From Octopus bimaculoides (lineage: Eukaryota), in contig NC_068996.1 of the NCBI RefSeq assembly GCF_001194135.2, positions 31,915,412-31,977,534 on the forward strand: a DNA stretch of 62,123 nt, in the 5' to 3' direction. The notes below the pieces were generated by a model. It saw only the letters and a list, made by a program, of their open reading frames with translations. It did not search any database and was not told where the DNA came from. Both the position numbers and the translations under genes were made by a program. Positions 24,190 to 36,385 of the stretch are shown piece after piece (within the stretch, counting starts at the first letter, position 1; each line of letters starts with the position of its first letter).

Positions 24190-24427
24190 TAAACTGTCAT
24201 ATGTCCAAATTTGGCCAACTGCAGTTTCCTCAATATCTATTTTTGCTTGCAATAGCTGATTCTTTAGGTCAAACTATCGTATCTCCAGCTGTTTCAGATG
24301 CGAACGTACCAAAAGATTGTAAAAGTGTAGTACAACGGTTTTGCTATGGAATGGTGAAACTAGTTTTTCGTCTTTTGAAAGAAATCAATGTTTTGGACAT
24401 ACTTTTGCATAATAGCAGCGATATATA
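24190..24427 (+). pseudogene. Copy 3 of coding-like relic (tentatively Mab-21/cGAS-like)
   Basis: Open frame ...KDCKSVVQRFCYGMVKLVFRLLKEINVLDILLHNSSD; shares a 25-nt identical block gttttgctatggaatggtgaaacta with copy 2. Confidence 0.4.
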
Positions 24428-24820
24428 NNNNNNNNNNNNNNNNNNNNNNNNNNNNNNNNNNNNNNNNNNNNNNNNNNNNNNNNNNNNNNNNNNNNNNNNN
24501 NNNNNNNNNNNNNNNNNNNNNNNNNNNNNNNNNNNNNNNNNNNNNNNNNNNNNNNNNNNNNNNNNNNNNNNNNNNNNNNNNNNNNNNNNNNNNNNNNNNN
24601 NNNNNNNNNNNNNNNNNNNNNNNNNNNNNNNNNNNNNNNNNNNNNNNNNNNNNNNNNNNNNNNNNNNNNNNNNNNNNNNNNNNNNNNNNNNNNNNNNNNN
24701 NNNNNNNNNNNNNNNNNNNNNNNNNNNNNNNNNNNNNNNNNNNNNNNNNNNNNNNTATGTATATTTGTATATATGTATATGTGTATATGTATACATATAA
24801 TTATATATTTATATACATAT

Positions 24821-24869
<49 letters not shown>

Positions 24870-25165
24870 CACACATATAAATGCTTTCGGTGCAAATGTT
24901 ATTGTCATACGGTGCAGGGTTCTACAATCGTGTAAATAATAATAATGGTATTCAGGTCAGTAAAATGATATTATCTCACTAGTTCTTTGGTATAAGCATT
25001 TAACCCTGTCTTTTCATTTAGTTAGGTGTTTGCATGTTTGGTGAAAGTGTTTTTGTGACCTGCATTAGGATGTGAAATGCCTATATTAGGCTTGTGATTA
25101 CTATTTTAATGCTGTTTTTTATTGCTTTTCGTTTTATGACTTTCAATTGAAGGATGTATATTCTC

Positions 25166-25280
25166 AGAGAGAGTGAAAAAGAGGGAGAGAGAGGGGAAAG
25201 AGAGAGAAAAAAAGAAGGAAAGAGAGAGAGAGAAAGAGAGGGAAAGAGAGAGATAGGGGAGCGAAAGAAAGAGAGAGAGA
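25166..25280. repeat. Degenerate (GA)n / polypurine tract
   Basis: Direct reading. Confidence 0.85.
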
Positions 25281-27990
25281 ATTCTGGTACAGTCTTGAAT
25301 GGAAGAAAATATACTTGTTACCCTTTGTACGTCAGGGCCTAGGATCTGAAAGGTGTTTGTGGCGGACGTGTGGACAATTTTTCCTGTTATACTGTATGGG
25401 TAAGTGATCTTTACGTGTCTACGTCATATGGATGGATGTGGAACAGATTAACGATCCTTGATGTTGCTGCCTGTCACTTGCTTCAAATTTACAGTTGTCT
25501 TATGTATCGTGAGAGTAAACTTTTCGGAGAAGGGTCAAACAATTTTTCTATTTCGACTTGTAAGTTGGTGCAAGAATTGTTGATTATCATAGCCGACATA
25601 GTAGTAGTGCTGAATTACTACTGTATGTAAACCTGTTAAATCTGAATGCGGTATGTAGTAGTAAAGATGAATGGAATGAGGTCAGATAAAACGAAAATCA
25701 GTAGTAGTTGCTTCAAGTCTCTCAGTGTGTTGTAGCAACTCCTAACCTGTTGGAACGGAATCAGAGGATTTGCTGCACTCAATAACCAAGTATTATTGCG
25801 ATTTGCTGCATTCGGTGACCAAACACTATTACTTAAGATTAATTGATTCCCCGATTTCTATATGTTGAGTTTGAGTTGTTTCTCAATTCCATCAAAACAC
25901 CATTAATCGGCTTCTTCGGGGATTTCGGTACACATATTTTGCGCTTCATAATTGTTGTGGAGATCATAGCAAACATTTATCAGAGCAGTACTTTCTCTGT
26001 CTACCCAATGCAGTTTCGGAATGTTATTTACCATGTTTGGTAGACATGGAAAATTACGTTGGACGTATGCAATTAATGCGTCCGTTTAGTTGTGTTTAGT
26101 TTTTCAATTTTGTTTTGTTTTGTTTTATTTTGTTTTGAGTGACAAGGTAAAATATGAACAATAAAAATTCATGCCAGATAACATTTATATTCATGATAGA
26201 TGAAAAAAATATCCAGCTGCCAGTAATATCCTGATTGATATAGAATATATAGAATAATACACTCCTTTCTACATTTCTTATAAAATAACAGTTCCATCGA
26301 CCTTAGCGGACCGGTGAAAATGCTGTAAAAGTCATTCTAAAAGAGAAATTGAAAGTAGATGAAAAAGGGATACATTAATTCTCTTCATATAAATCAGTGA
26401 AAGTTTTTCCTTGTGCTTAATCCTTTGTCCAACATAAATGAACGCCGTAATCAAGANNNNNNNNNNNNNNNNNNNNNNNNNNNNNNNNNNNNNNNNNNNN
26501 NNNNNNNNNNNNNNNNNNNNNAGACTACATAAGTCTTCTTTTTAATATAGTTTGTAATTTGATGGAGATTTGTCTATTTGATAATCCATTTCGTGGCTAC
26601 GTAGAGGTTCCCTCGCTTGTTCATCTTGATATATTTTGGGGTACTTTCCTATTAGCGACAGCTAATTTTTTATTTCCTAAATGGTTACAAAATAAACTAT
26701 ACTTTCGTGAGACAGTTGTAACAGTTGATCGGCAAAGATTTAGGGAATCTCTCATTACGAATGGAGAAGAAAAAGGGCAAGGGTGATTGTTTAATAGTTT
26801 CTTTACAAATCCTTCAGTAAAAAAAAAAAAAAAATTGACTATCGATAAAAAGAAAATACCACTTTTAGAGTTCAGGTTATCATCAATTTAGAATAAATTT
26901 TATTTGTAAATATGTAAGCTTTAAAAACATTTAAAGAAAATGATTTTACTAAAATATTTTCTGATCTAAATACATTCACATTTCAGGTAATTCAACAGAA
27001 GGTCAAGGAATAAATTTCAAATAACATATCTGAATCATTCCTATTAGTGAACTGAAACATATCCATGATACAATAATCAATAAATCAAATAAAATCCTAA
27101 CCTTACACTAGTAATAACTAAATTTTGTGTAACAAATAAATAAAAATAGAACATTAATCGTCTGCAATGAAGGCAAGTTAAAAGTTATTCTACGATATAA
27201 GTTAAGGGCTTATTATGTCTGTAACAATATAAGCTAATAAAACCGAATTTACGTGACTACGAATGTCAGCCGAATCTTTTTTTCGAATTACACATTATCT
27301 TAAAAAAAATAAATAACTAAAGAGAAGGTCATATTTTATTACACAGCCTTAAATATAACATTTCAGAAAAACAGAGGGGACTCTAGTAGCTGCAGTCTAT
27401 TTGGTTTACTCTATAAACAATTACCTAGACCAAAACAACTATAAATGTACCAACAAAATAATATTGCTATCTAAACGCCAAACTGTCACAAATAAACGAT
27501 CCTTTGAACAAGTGTCTCTCAAATTTGCTTCACTGTAATGAAAGAACATAGTTAAGATTTATTACAACTGTAATTAGGTATGTATATTATATTTGTTCAA
27601 CTTCTTTAGCAAAATGTATTTCTCGTTAGAAAATCAAAGGCAAAAAATACGCTGATAGTGCTGGGGCATTACAGAGATTGTAACAGCAATGACTTCTCGC
27701 TACTCCGGCAACCTGGAGGGTATTACCAGTTTAGTAGTTGTAAATCACGTCGTCACATGAACAATATACAACATCTTCATTTCTTTAATATACAACGGGT
27801 TTGTTACAAAAATGGAGCAAAACGTTACATAGGAAACCAGCAAATTCAACAAAATTTATTCTCAGTAATTTTACACATGCATATACGAAATAAAAGCCTT
27901 TACTTTTTTTGATTTCCAATGTGCATTTTCGCTTATTTTTCTTCTTACTTTCCCCCCTACATATCCACGTGTAGTTTTATTTCGTTTTTG

Positions 27991-28041
<51 letters not shown>

Positions 28042-28104
28042 GTTCCGTGATGGTAAGATCAACAAAAAGAGTACTCCATCTGGTGAAAGATAAATATGAC
28101 TTAG

Positions 28105-28371
28105 TAGACACAATACATGTTTTTTGTGCTACTAATAGTTTCTTGTGCTGAGAACATGACAACCAATATATTATAACACGTCGGATATCTCGGTAGAGTT
28201 ATCAGGCACAGCCCACATGGCATAACGAACTAAAAATTTAATCAATTGAATCAATTTTTAGTTCATGCTATGTGGGCTGTGCCTGATGACTATGCCTAGA
28301 TATCAGAGTATTATAAAACTTTGTTTAGTGCAAGAAAATATTAGTAGCACATAAAATATGTATTGTGTCTA
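28105..28371. repeat. Large imperfect palindrome (about 120-135-bp arms, about 15-nt spacer) containing CTGATGA
   Basis: tagacacaatacat...atcaggcacagcccacat..gaactaaaaatt pairs with aatttttagttc..atgtgggctgtgcctgat...atgtattgtgtcta. Confidence 0.9.
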
Positions 28372-28436
28372 TCAAATAATATATATATATAATATATATA
28401 AATTGTGTCTATTAAATAATATATGTATATATATAT

Positions 28437-28880
28437 AATTATTCAATATTAATAGTTTTGTATTAGAAAACCAAGAATTTATACAAGGCTGTAAAAGAAG
28501 TGTTCAAACTAGTTGAGACAAAGGTACAAAGTTAATTGCAGAATAAAACCGTTAGGTCATCGGCTCAAAAAGCCACAGCCCACCAATGACCACATATAAA
28601 AAGTACAGCATAAACCACAAAACCAAATTAGCAAAGGGAAGTAATTAATTCAGTGATCTTGTGGGTAAGTGACTCCATATATGCTTTCTTCGAAGGTATA
28701 GGGACATTCTTCGTCGAAAAACCCAAACAGTATTTATTCATAATGCAGCCTGTATGAAGTGCTCGAAGAGTCAATGATAATTATTCAATATTAATAGTTT
28801 TGTGTTAGAAAACCAAGAATTTATACTAGGCTGTAAAAGAAGTACTCAAATTAGTTGAGAGAAAGGTACAAAGTTAATTG
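28437..28880. repeat. 102-bp direct repeat pair (28437-28538 and 28779-28880)
   Basis: aattattcaatattaatag...ggtacaaagttaattg in both copies with about 6 mismatches. Confidence 0.93.
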
Positions 28881-29010
28881 TCTCAACTAGTTTGAGCACT
28901 TCTTTGAGAGAAACAGAAAGAGGCTGCTTTAAAAGGAATATAAAACTGAGCTTTTAAAACATCAGCAGAAGAAAAATTTTCAGTTGTGGATCTTATAATT
29001 CATTATTTCC

Positions 29011-29051
29011 GTAAATTATTTCAGTGAAAATTTCGACGTCTTCAGATTTAC
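29011..29051 (-). ncRNA. Minimal type I hammerhead ribozyme-like motif (stem II reduced)
   Basis: Minus strand gtaaat-CTGAAGA-cgtc-GAAA-tttt-cact-gaaa-T-A^atttac. 6-bp stem I in exact register; stem III with A15.1-U16.1; AUA triplet. Confidence 0.55.
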
Positions 29052-29202
29052 CGTTTACGTACAAATCATTAATAGATATATTGCCGACAATGTCAATTTT
29101 GATAGCAATAGAATGACGATAACAACAGTGATGAAGAGAATACAGAATGATGATGACGATGAAAGAGAAGGGCTATAACACTTTGCTACTAGTAGTAAAG
29201 TA

Positions 29203-29240
29203 TCAAGACGGGTCGGGTAGGTTGCCGATGCTCGTCGCTG
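29203..29240 (-). pseudogene. Short 28S rRNA-like fragment
   Basis: Minus strand ...cggcaacctACCCGACCCGTCTTGA matches the conserved LSU segment ACCCGACCCGTCTTGAAACAC for 16 nt. Confidence 0.4.
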
Positions 29241-29479
29241 AGGAGGAGGAGGAGGAGNNNNNNNNNNNNNNNNNNNNNNNNNNNNNNNNNNNNNNNNNNN
29301 NNNNNNNNNNNNNNNNNNNNNNNNNNNNNNNNNNNNNNNNNNNNNNNNNNNNNNNNNNNNNNNNNNNNNNNNNNNNNNNNNNNNNNNNNNNNNNNNNNNN
29401 NNNNNNNNNNNNNNNNNNNNNNNGAGGAAGAAGAAGAAGAAGAAGAAGAAGAAGAAGAAGAAGAAGAAGAAGAAGAAGA
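29241..29479. repeat. (GAG)n / (AAG)n microsatellites spanning a gap
   Basis: Direct reading. Confidence 0.9.
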
Positions 29480-29881
29480 ATAGCAGTAATACTATTAGTA
29501 TTAGTTGTTTCTGGGAGAGAAAGAAAATCCTGCCATATAAAGCAAAAGGCACAACGAAAAATATTCACAGTAAAATTACCAAATTATATCAATCGCCATT
29601 GGATACCTAAGATACATAGAGAAGAAATGGCAAATAACGAACCGTATAACATCGATATGTACGCAATTCAGAGTGTCGCTCTACCGACAAATCCCACTTG
29701 CTACGGAGAGTTCTGTCAAGTGATAACTTCTCAAGAGCACCTCAGTTCAACAGTTTTGACTCGGCCCCACTGAATATTAAACAGGAAACCTTGAAGTAAC
29801 TATTACGTCAGAAACAACACCTACCATCACCAACACCAACACCAACACCACCACTACCATAAAAACAACAACAACAATTAC

Positions 29882-29968
29882 TTCTAATTTTCGGCACGAG
29901 ACATCAGTTTTGTGGAGAAGGAGTTAGTGGATATCACTGACTCCAGCACTTGACTGGTACTGTATTTT
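29882..29968 (-). mobile_element. SINE family B 3' fragment
   Basis: ttctaattttcggcacgag...gactccagcacttgactggtac. Confidence 0.4.
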
Positions 29969-29969
29969 A

Positions 29970-31560
29970 AGACGGCGTTCCAATCATCCCCTAAGATTAA
30001 TGAGCGGGAGGTCTACAGGAACACCTCAAAATGTCCGAAGAAATATAGCCGTCCTGCTCCTGTCGGAGCATAGACGGCCACTTTCCTGAAGGCACCCGAT
30101 TCGCAACTGCCAACGTCCAAAGCCACTAACTTACCGTCCTGATCCAAAAAGATCGACCTTACTTTGAATCCAGTCCTTTCTGAAACACTACCATAACACA
30201 GCATCCCATTCCAGGTCGATAAAGAGATGCTTAGAACTCAAAGTCATCAAATATGAGATGGGCGTGAAAAGATGTTTGTCAAAATTATTGGTCTGACTAA
30301 TAGCTACATTAGCTAAAGCCAAAGACCTGACTGAGGTCGTTAAGTAGGAGATCCGCACCTAGCCTCTCTCAAGAAACGTGCATTCACATATCTTACTAAC
30401 AGAGTTGCCGTGGTAGGAGAGAAGGAAAAAGAAAGGGGCCATCCACGTTAGCAATTATACTGTTGTGTGAACAGACGCGTCTGTCCCCAGGCACTTTTAC
30501 GGTTCGTTGGGCGAGTTATTCAAAACCCTGTCAGTGACAGTGACTTGTGCAGTCCTTACTTCATAGGGGGCCCCTCTCTCATTATCCTATAAGCTTTGAG
30601 GAAGAGCCTAAGTCTTGAGAATCTTGCCTTTGGTTAAAAGCTATCATGACTCTGTCTCTGTATCCCACTTTTGTGCTATGAACTTCATTAGCATTTGACT
30701 ATTTTTGTCTGGCTAGCACCAAGTTGAGGATTTGTTCCTTTTGCATTTTTTGTGTAGAGTTGAGAATGCAACTTCGTTTTGTTTTGCACTTGCTTCTGTT
30801 GTTGTTGTTGTCGCGGATGTCGCACATAGTTGTTGTTCAAGCTGCGATAGTATCAAGCGCGTGGGCTACTTCATTTTCCTCTTTGTTTTTGTTTCTGGGG
30901 GAGAACCTACAAACGTGGCATCACTCTCATCTGCCCTCCACAGTTACTCACAGTTGTGCCTCTTCAACTATTCCGGCTTTACATGGAGAAGCACTGCCAC
31001 TGTGACCTCAACCCAGTTCTCCGTCCTTCTTTCACTTAACGTCCAAGAGAGTATCACTTGAGAACTTTGAGAACTACGCATGACAGGATCTGGTGAGACC
31101 GCTTAATTCTGGTTAGACTGCTGGTATCATTATTTCTACAGCTGCTCTTCTTCCCGAATAGGAAAGTGAACGAAAACTTCACTACGCGGGCGGCTACTGG
31201 GTGCTGAATAGTCAGTGTCTCCCTCTTAGTAACCTTGACCCCGCTGAATTGCCTTGCTCTCGACATATGGCAGATGTCCTGCCATATATCGTGCAGGACA
31301 CTTTCAATTTGAGCTTTCGTGGTAGTTTCAGTCGGTTAGATTTAATGATGACGCATATGAAGGTAACTGCTTTCCTAGCAGTTGCAGCTAGCGTTGCAGA
31401 TGGGGGAAAACCTCTAACCTTCTCTCCTCAATTTTTCTAAATCTAAACGCTATCGTCAGTTTCAAGAATTTATCCTCTAGGAAGAGAGTAAAAAGCTCTC
31501 CTGTGGAATCGCCAGCGAAGAAACCCTTGTTGTTGTTGTTAGCGCTGTCGTTGCTGTTTC
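29970..31560 (-). mobile_element. L1/Tx1-type LINE: ORF1 remnant and APE endonuclease N-terminus
   Basis: ORF1: YSGRRAAVEIM and VTVEGR*E*CHVC (homologous to 1-688). Endonuclease: IFLDQDGKLVALDV..FRKVAVYAP..R..FF..FL...ILGDDWNAVL. Confidence 0.78.
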
Positions 31561-31589
31561 TCCCATTCGCTGCTTTTGTTATTTCCTTT

Positions 31590-31800
31590 CCCTTTGCCCT
31601 CGCTATTGACGTCAGAGCTGCTGCCACTGCTGCTGATGACACCGTTGCTGTCAATATTGCCACTATCACTTCTGTCGCTACCACTTCCACTGCTATTGCT
31701 ACAGCTGTTGTCGCCGCCACTGCTGCTGCAAATACTGCTGTTGCGACTGCCACTGCCGCCGCAATCACTGTGGCAACTTTTGCGAACGCTGTTTTGCTAC
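31590..31800. repeat. Degenerate (GCT/ACT)-type trinucleotide low-complexity tract
   Basis: Direct reading; produces the Ala/Thr-rich spurious ORFs. Confidence 0.8.
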
Positions 31801-34800
31801 TGCTACACCACAGCCACTTGCATCCGCCGGTACATAAGTTGAACTATCAACTGTAATCATAGCAGTTATCTCCTTCAGTAAACCGTCTGAGCTGATACTC
31901 CCGAATCATACAGGTAACAGGCTGCATCACGTTTTCCGAGTACAGTCGATAGTTGGACACGAAATCTGTGGTAACCCATAATCTCTACAAGTGTCCTGGC
32001 ACTAATAGAATTCAAGCGGTTCCTAAGGGCGTAAGACATTGTTCAAGTCACGCAACTGTAAAGCGAGGACCAGAGACCAGAAGACCCGATCCTTTGTTCT
32101 CCTGCTCAAGTATTGGAAGCACCAAGTCCCTTGTCCAATGAGTCCTCAACTGACCAGCGCCTACAAGTGTTTCTAGGATTTCAGACTCACAGCTAATGCT
32201 GGGGGGCGGGGATCGCGTTGCCGAAATAAGTTGTCAGGGAAATCTTCTGTTTCTAACATTTGTATTTGCAAAATCGCCATTTTTCCTTAAAATATGATAT
32301 GAATCCCGAAGAAATAATAATATCCATCGGTTACAAATACGTCATACAGGAAGTGGAAGAAAACTTAAGTGAAACAAAGCGAGAGAGGCGGAGAAATAAG
32401 TCTGTTAATGTCTACTTTAGTAATTACTGTAGTAGCCATGGCAAAGACAGATTACATTAAAGAGAAAAGAAATGTTTGTCGTCTGCCCGAATCAACGAGC
32501 TGAAACAAGAAACAAAAATTGACGACGATCACGTCAACAAGAACTACAACGATAACAACAACAATAATACCCTTGCAACTACTCGATTGGCAGAAAGAAT
32601 ATGGAAACAATTATAAATGCAACATATCGGATTCATGAAACTTCCATCTTCAGGGTGTATAGCATACAGAAGCAATCATTTATATAAATTTATTGAATGA
32701 AAATAAAGGAAAACCCAAAATCACAGTTCAGCCCAAGTGGAAATATATCTGCAGGAAGTGTTATCAAAGTCGTACACATAAGAGTTAAACATTAGACATT
32801 TGTTATTGTGTGAAACAGCGGGGTGGAGACGAGGTAAGTAGCTACCGCTACTCGTCATAACACCTCTAATTGTCATCATGGGTCACTTGCAATACAAAGA
32901 GTGCAGATAATTGGAAGTGGTAGTGGAAGGGAGAATGCCGAAGTATTGCAAATGAGGTAAAAGAAAGGATCTCGTGACTTTTCTGCTCTGTAGAAGAGAA
33001 AAGTGCAGAGCGTCTCAGACCGTCTCTACTACAAGCACCCAAACTTTTACATTCAAGTCAAAAGAAGCAGACGCAGCAAGAATAGAAAATCAGCAAGGGC
33101 TTACTCTGCACATATGCTCGGAAGGCACGAGGAGTAATACACCCTAATGTCACCATCACCAACTGCAACAGGATCAAAAGCAACATCAAACAAAACGACA
33201 TAAACAAATAAAAGCTACCGGTGAAATAAAGCCGACTACTCCTTCCACGTTTTCCAACTCCTCAGATTTAGATGTAAATAACACAAAATAATATCATTTG
33301 TATATTGTAAAAAAGACCGTAAAAAGACCAGTGATTAGTGATAAGGATATCAGAACTAGTAACAGCTATTACAACATTACAACAGCTATTACAACAGCAG
33401 TATCAGAAAAATAGAAACTAGAACAAACACAACAATGATTATATCCAAATCAATAAGATTAACATGAACAGGAACAACTCAAATCACAACAGGAAGAGAC
33501 ACACTAAAAACATCAATAACAAGATCAAAAAACAAAACAACAGCAATTAGACCTGAAAGATAAGTGCAAATATAGCAGAATAACAACTTACTGGTAGAAG
33601 GTTCAATTACACAATCCTCTGAAGAAAGAACGAAGAGTTGATGGAGCATATACACGACAATAAAGACAAAACTCTTACCACAAGTGATGGCCCTGACTAG
33701 TTAACCATATCAAACACCCTTCGAGGGTTACTAGAAGTGTATCACTCGCTCAAGATACTTTTCTCAAATAACGTGGGAAATTAAAAAAATATTGGAATGC
33801 CCTAATCAAAGTTCCTACAAAACTAGACCAAAGTAAGTGACCATGTTTTTTTGTACCCCTACTTAATGGCTTTACTGAATTGCTTGAGGTTGGCATAAAC
33901 CTCTGCCAGGTAATGATATACACATTAGCATAACCAGATTTTTTTTGTGACGAAATCGTTCGACCTCTTTCTAAGAGACTATAAGGCTCTATCTCTTTCG
34001 TTCGATCTTACTTGTGTAGTGTACCGGTTTTGTTTCGGAAAGGAATAGGCCTAGAGGTAATGACAATTTCCCCAGTCTTTTATGGTAAATTTTGTTTTCA
34101 ATCATGCCGAAAAAGCTAGATTTCTTTAGATTTCAAAAAAACATTCCAAAGAACTTTTGGTTCATTAATGTTTGTAGGCGATTGAAACGCCATTTTGATT
34201 GTGTACAGTAATTGTGAAGATGTAGCAGGAATGCAAACGCCTCTATAAACTTCTCAGGTTCTTCTAGCTATATGACACGTTCCGCTTTGATTTTTCAATG
34301 TGTCACTGTGGTAAAAGTCTAATGGCAATGGCTTATTCAGAACGTATTTATATACAAATTTCATTTGGTTAGCAAATAGGAATAGCGTGTTCTGCACATA
34401 ATAGGAAAAATCCCCCAAAATACAAAAAACAAAAAACACTATTGAACTGAAAATATATTTTAAAATCTTTAAAAATCGGAAATATTACAACAAATTTTGG
34501 ACGAGATATGGAATATCTGGAATAAAACAAATCAACAATACCAAAGCAAAAATAATAAAGATAAAAATTTCTTTACTAAACCAGATGAGTACAAGACGTT
34601 GAAGACGGTGCAATAATGGAATTCAAAAATGAAAAACAGTGATACATTTACAACAAATAAAAGGACAAATCAACAATACCAACAATAAATAATATCAGCA
34701 AGAATAATAAAATAACAGCAATGAATGCCTAAAACAAGAAGATTAAGCTATACACTGAATTATTCTAACGCACCAAAGTTGAGTGCTGTTTTGTACTTGT

Positions 34801-35760
34801 TGTAATCCTACAGTCGCATACCCATGTCAGCCCCAATTTTCACTATTTTCATCTATCTTTTATAAAATTTATCTGAAAGTCAGAATGGAGAGTGCATTGG
34901 AAAAGTAAACCCTTCACCTAAATATATCTGTACATCACATAAAGATGATTATTGCTGTTCATTTTCAATAGAAAGGGGAAAAAATATAAATTGAATTATT
35001 CATTCATAAACAACGAAAAAAAATTTAATAATATAAATTACGAATGGGTTTTTTCTTTTAATTAATTGTTTAGCGACATATGATGTTATTTTCTCTGTTG
35101 CATTAATTGGTAATTGGCTGCTTCATAAGATCGCGTAAAATCATACAAGGAAAACATTCATACCTGCAGAATAAGCGAAGGTTATAGTAGGAGCAGCAAA
35201 TACTTTCTCTCAAGAGGCCTAAATCTCGTAAACCCAAGTCAGAAATATAGCGTTATTTTTTCTCTTTGTATCTATACATTATCTATATTTAGATTTAGCT
35301 AACTACTACTGTTCACCTTCATGAAATTGTCTACCGCTCCCTTGTGATATAGACAAACATTATTCGTGAGCACATCCCATTTTTGTTGACCGTCATATCA
35401 GATCTATGCATAATACGTGAGTGTGTGTTTATCTGTGTGTGAGTGAGTTTGTGTATTTATGTGTGCGTATGTGTATGTATAAGTGTCTCTTGGTTGATAC
35501 TAGATTTGCTCGTTAATGGCTTTGGGTAGCATTTTCCATATATTTTTCTTAATTTGCATATACAGGAACACCACTTCAACGTTTCCGTTTCGGCTTTTCA
35601 TTTTACCAGCAATTGATTTTAATTTTGCTTCTTTAATATTAAAGTATACAACACATAAAACAAATATATAAATTAAAACACACATACACACGCACACACA
35701 CACACACATATATGTATATGTATAATTTAGAACAAACAGTAAGTTGTCATTATAGTACTC

Positions 35761-35921
35761 GGAGGCTTGCTTATGTGGTAAAAAGCTTGCTTCCTAATGA
35801 CATGGTTCCGGGTTGAGTTTCACTGCGTAGCACCTTCGGCGAGTGGCCTCTACTATAGCCTCGGGCTGACAACAGCCTTGTGAGTGGATTTGGTAGAAGA
35901 AAACTGAAAAATCAAACCGTC
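35761..35921 (+). mobile_element. SINE family A 5' half
   Basis: catggttccgggttgag..ctgcgtagcacctt..tactatagcctcgggc..ccttgtgagtggatttggtag. Confidence 0.85.
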
Positions 35922-35927
35922 ACATAA

Positions 35928-35928
<1 letters not shown>

Positions 35929-36011
<83 letters not shown>

Positions 36012-36030
36012 GCACACACACATACACACA
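35929..36030. repeat. (CA)n microsatellite
   Basis: Direct reading. Confidence 0.97.
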
Positions 36031-36034
36031 TATA

Positions 36035-36385
36035 CACGAGGTCTGATCAATAAGCATCCGGACTGTTTCAATGGTAACAAAGCTAAAGCACAAAGAGTAA
36101 AGCCGCTTGGCACAGATTGACCTTGAACATTGTTCTGCATGTGCATAACGTTTTAACGTTCTAACTCACATCCGCCGTTTACAGCAGTGCTTTGTGGGAA
36201 GGTGTGAAGCGTGTGATCGTTGCATTGACCATGACAGAGAAAGTTGTCATGTCGATACCTGCTCAAAGGCCTATACAAATTTGCAGAAAGTGTATAGAGA
36301 GGAGTGTATGAGTCACACACAAGTGTACGAGTGGTTCCAAGAGACGTTTCCAAGATGGCCGAAAAAATGTCGACATTGACGAAAT
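36035..36385 (+). mobile_element. Mariner-family transposon 5' end: TIR and HTH of transposase, truncated at (TA)n/gap
   Basis: TA followed by cacgaggtctgatcaataagcatccggactg (mariner-type TIR); AYTNLQKVYREECMSHTQVYEWF..RFQDGRKNVDIDE (Mos1/SETMAR-like HTH). Confidence 0.8.

Noticed and set aside
26559-26786. 75-aa ORF as a possible host exon
   Set aside because: No recognisable domain and no supportable splice partners.
29640-29690. Minus-strand gtcggtagagcg...ggttcg, tRNA-like boxes
   Set aside because: Too degenerate; no acceptor stem or recognisable body.
31388-31856. Ala/Thr-rich ORFs on both strands
   Set aside because: Degenerate trinucleotide tract next to a LINE ORF1; no domain evidence.
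32615-32660. Minus-strand CTGAAGAtg..ca-t-GAAT motif
   Set aside because: GAAA is mutated and stem I does not form; could be a decayed PLE relic but is unsupported.
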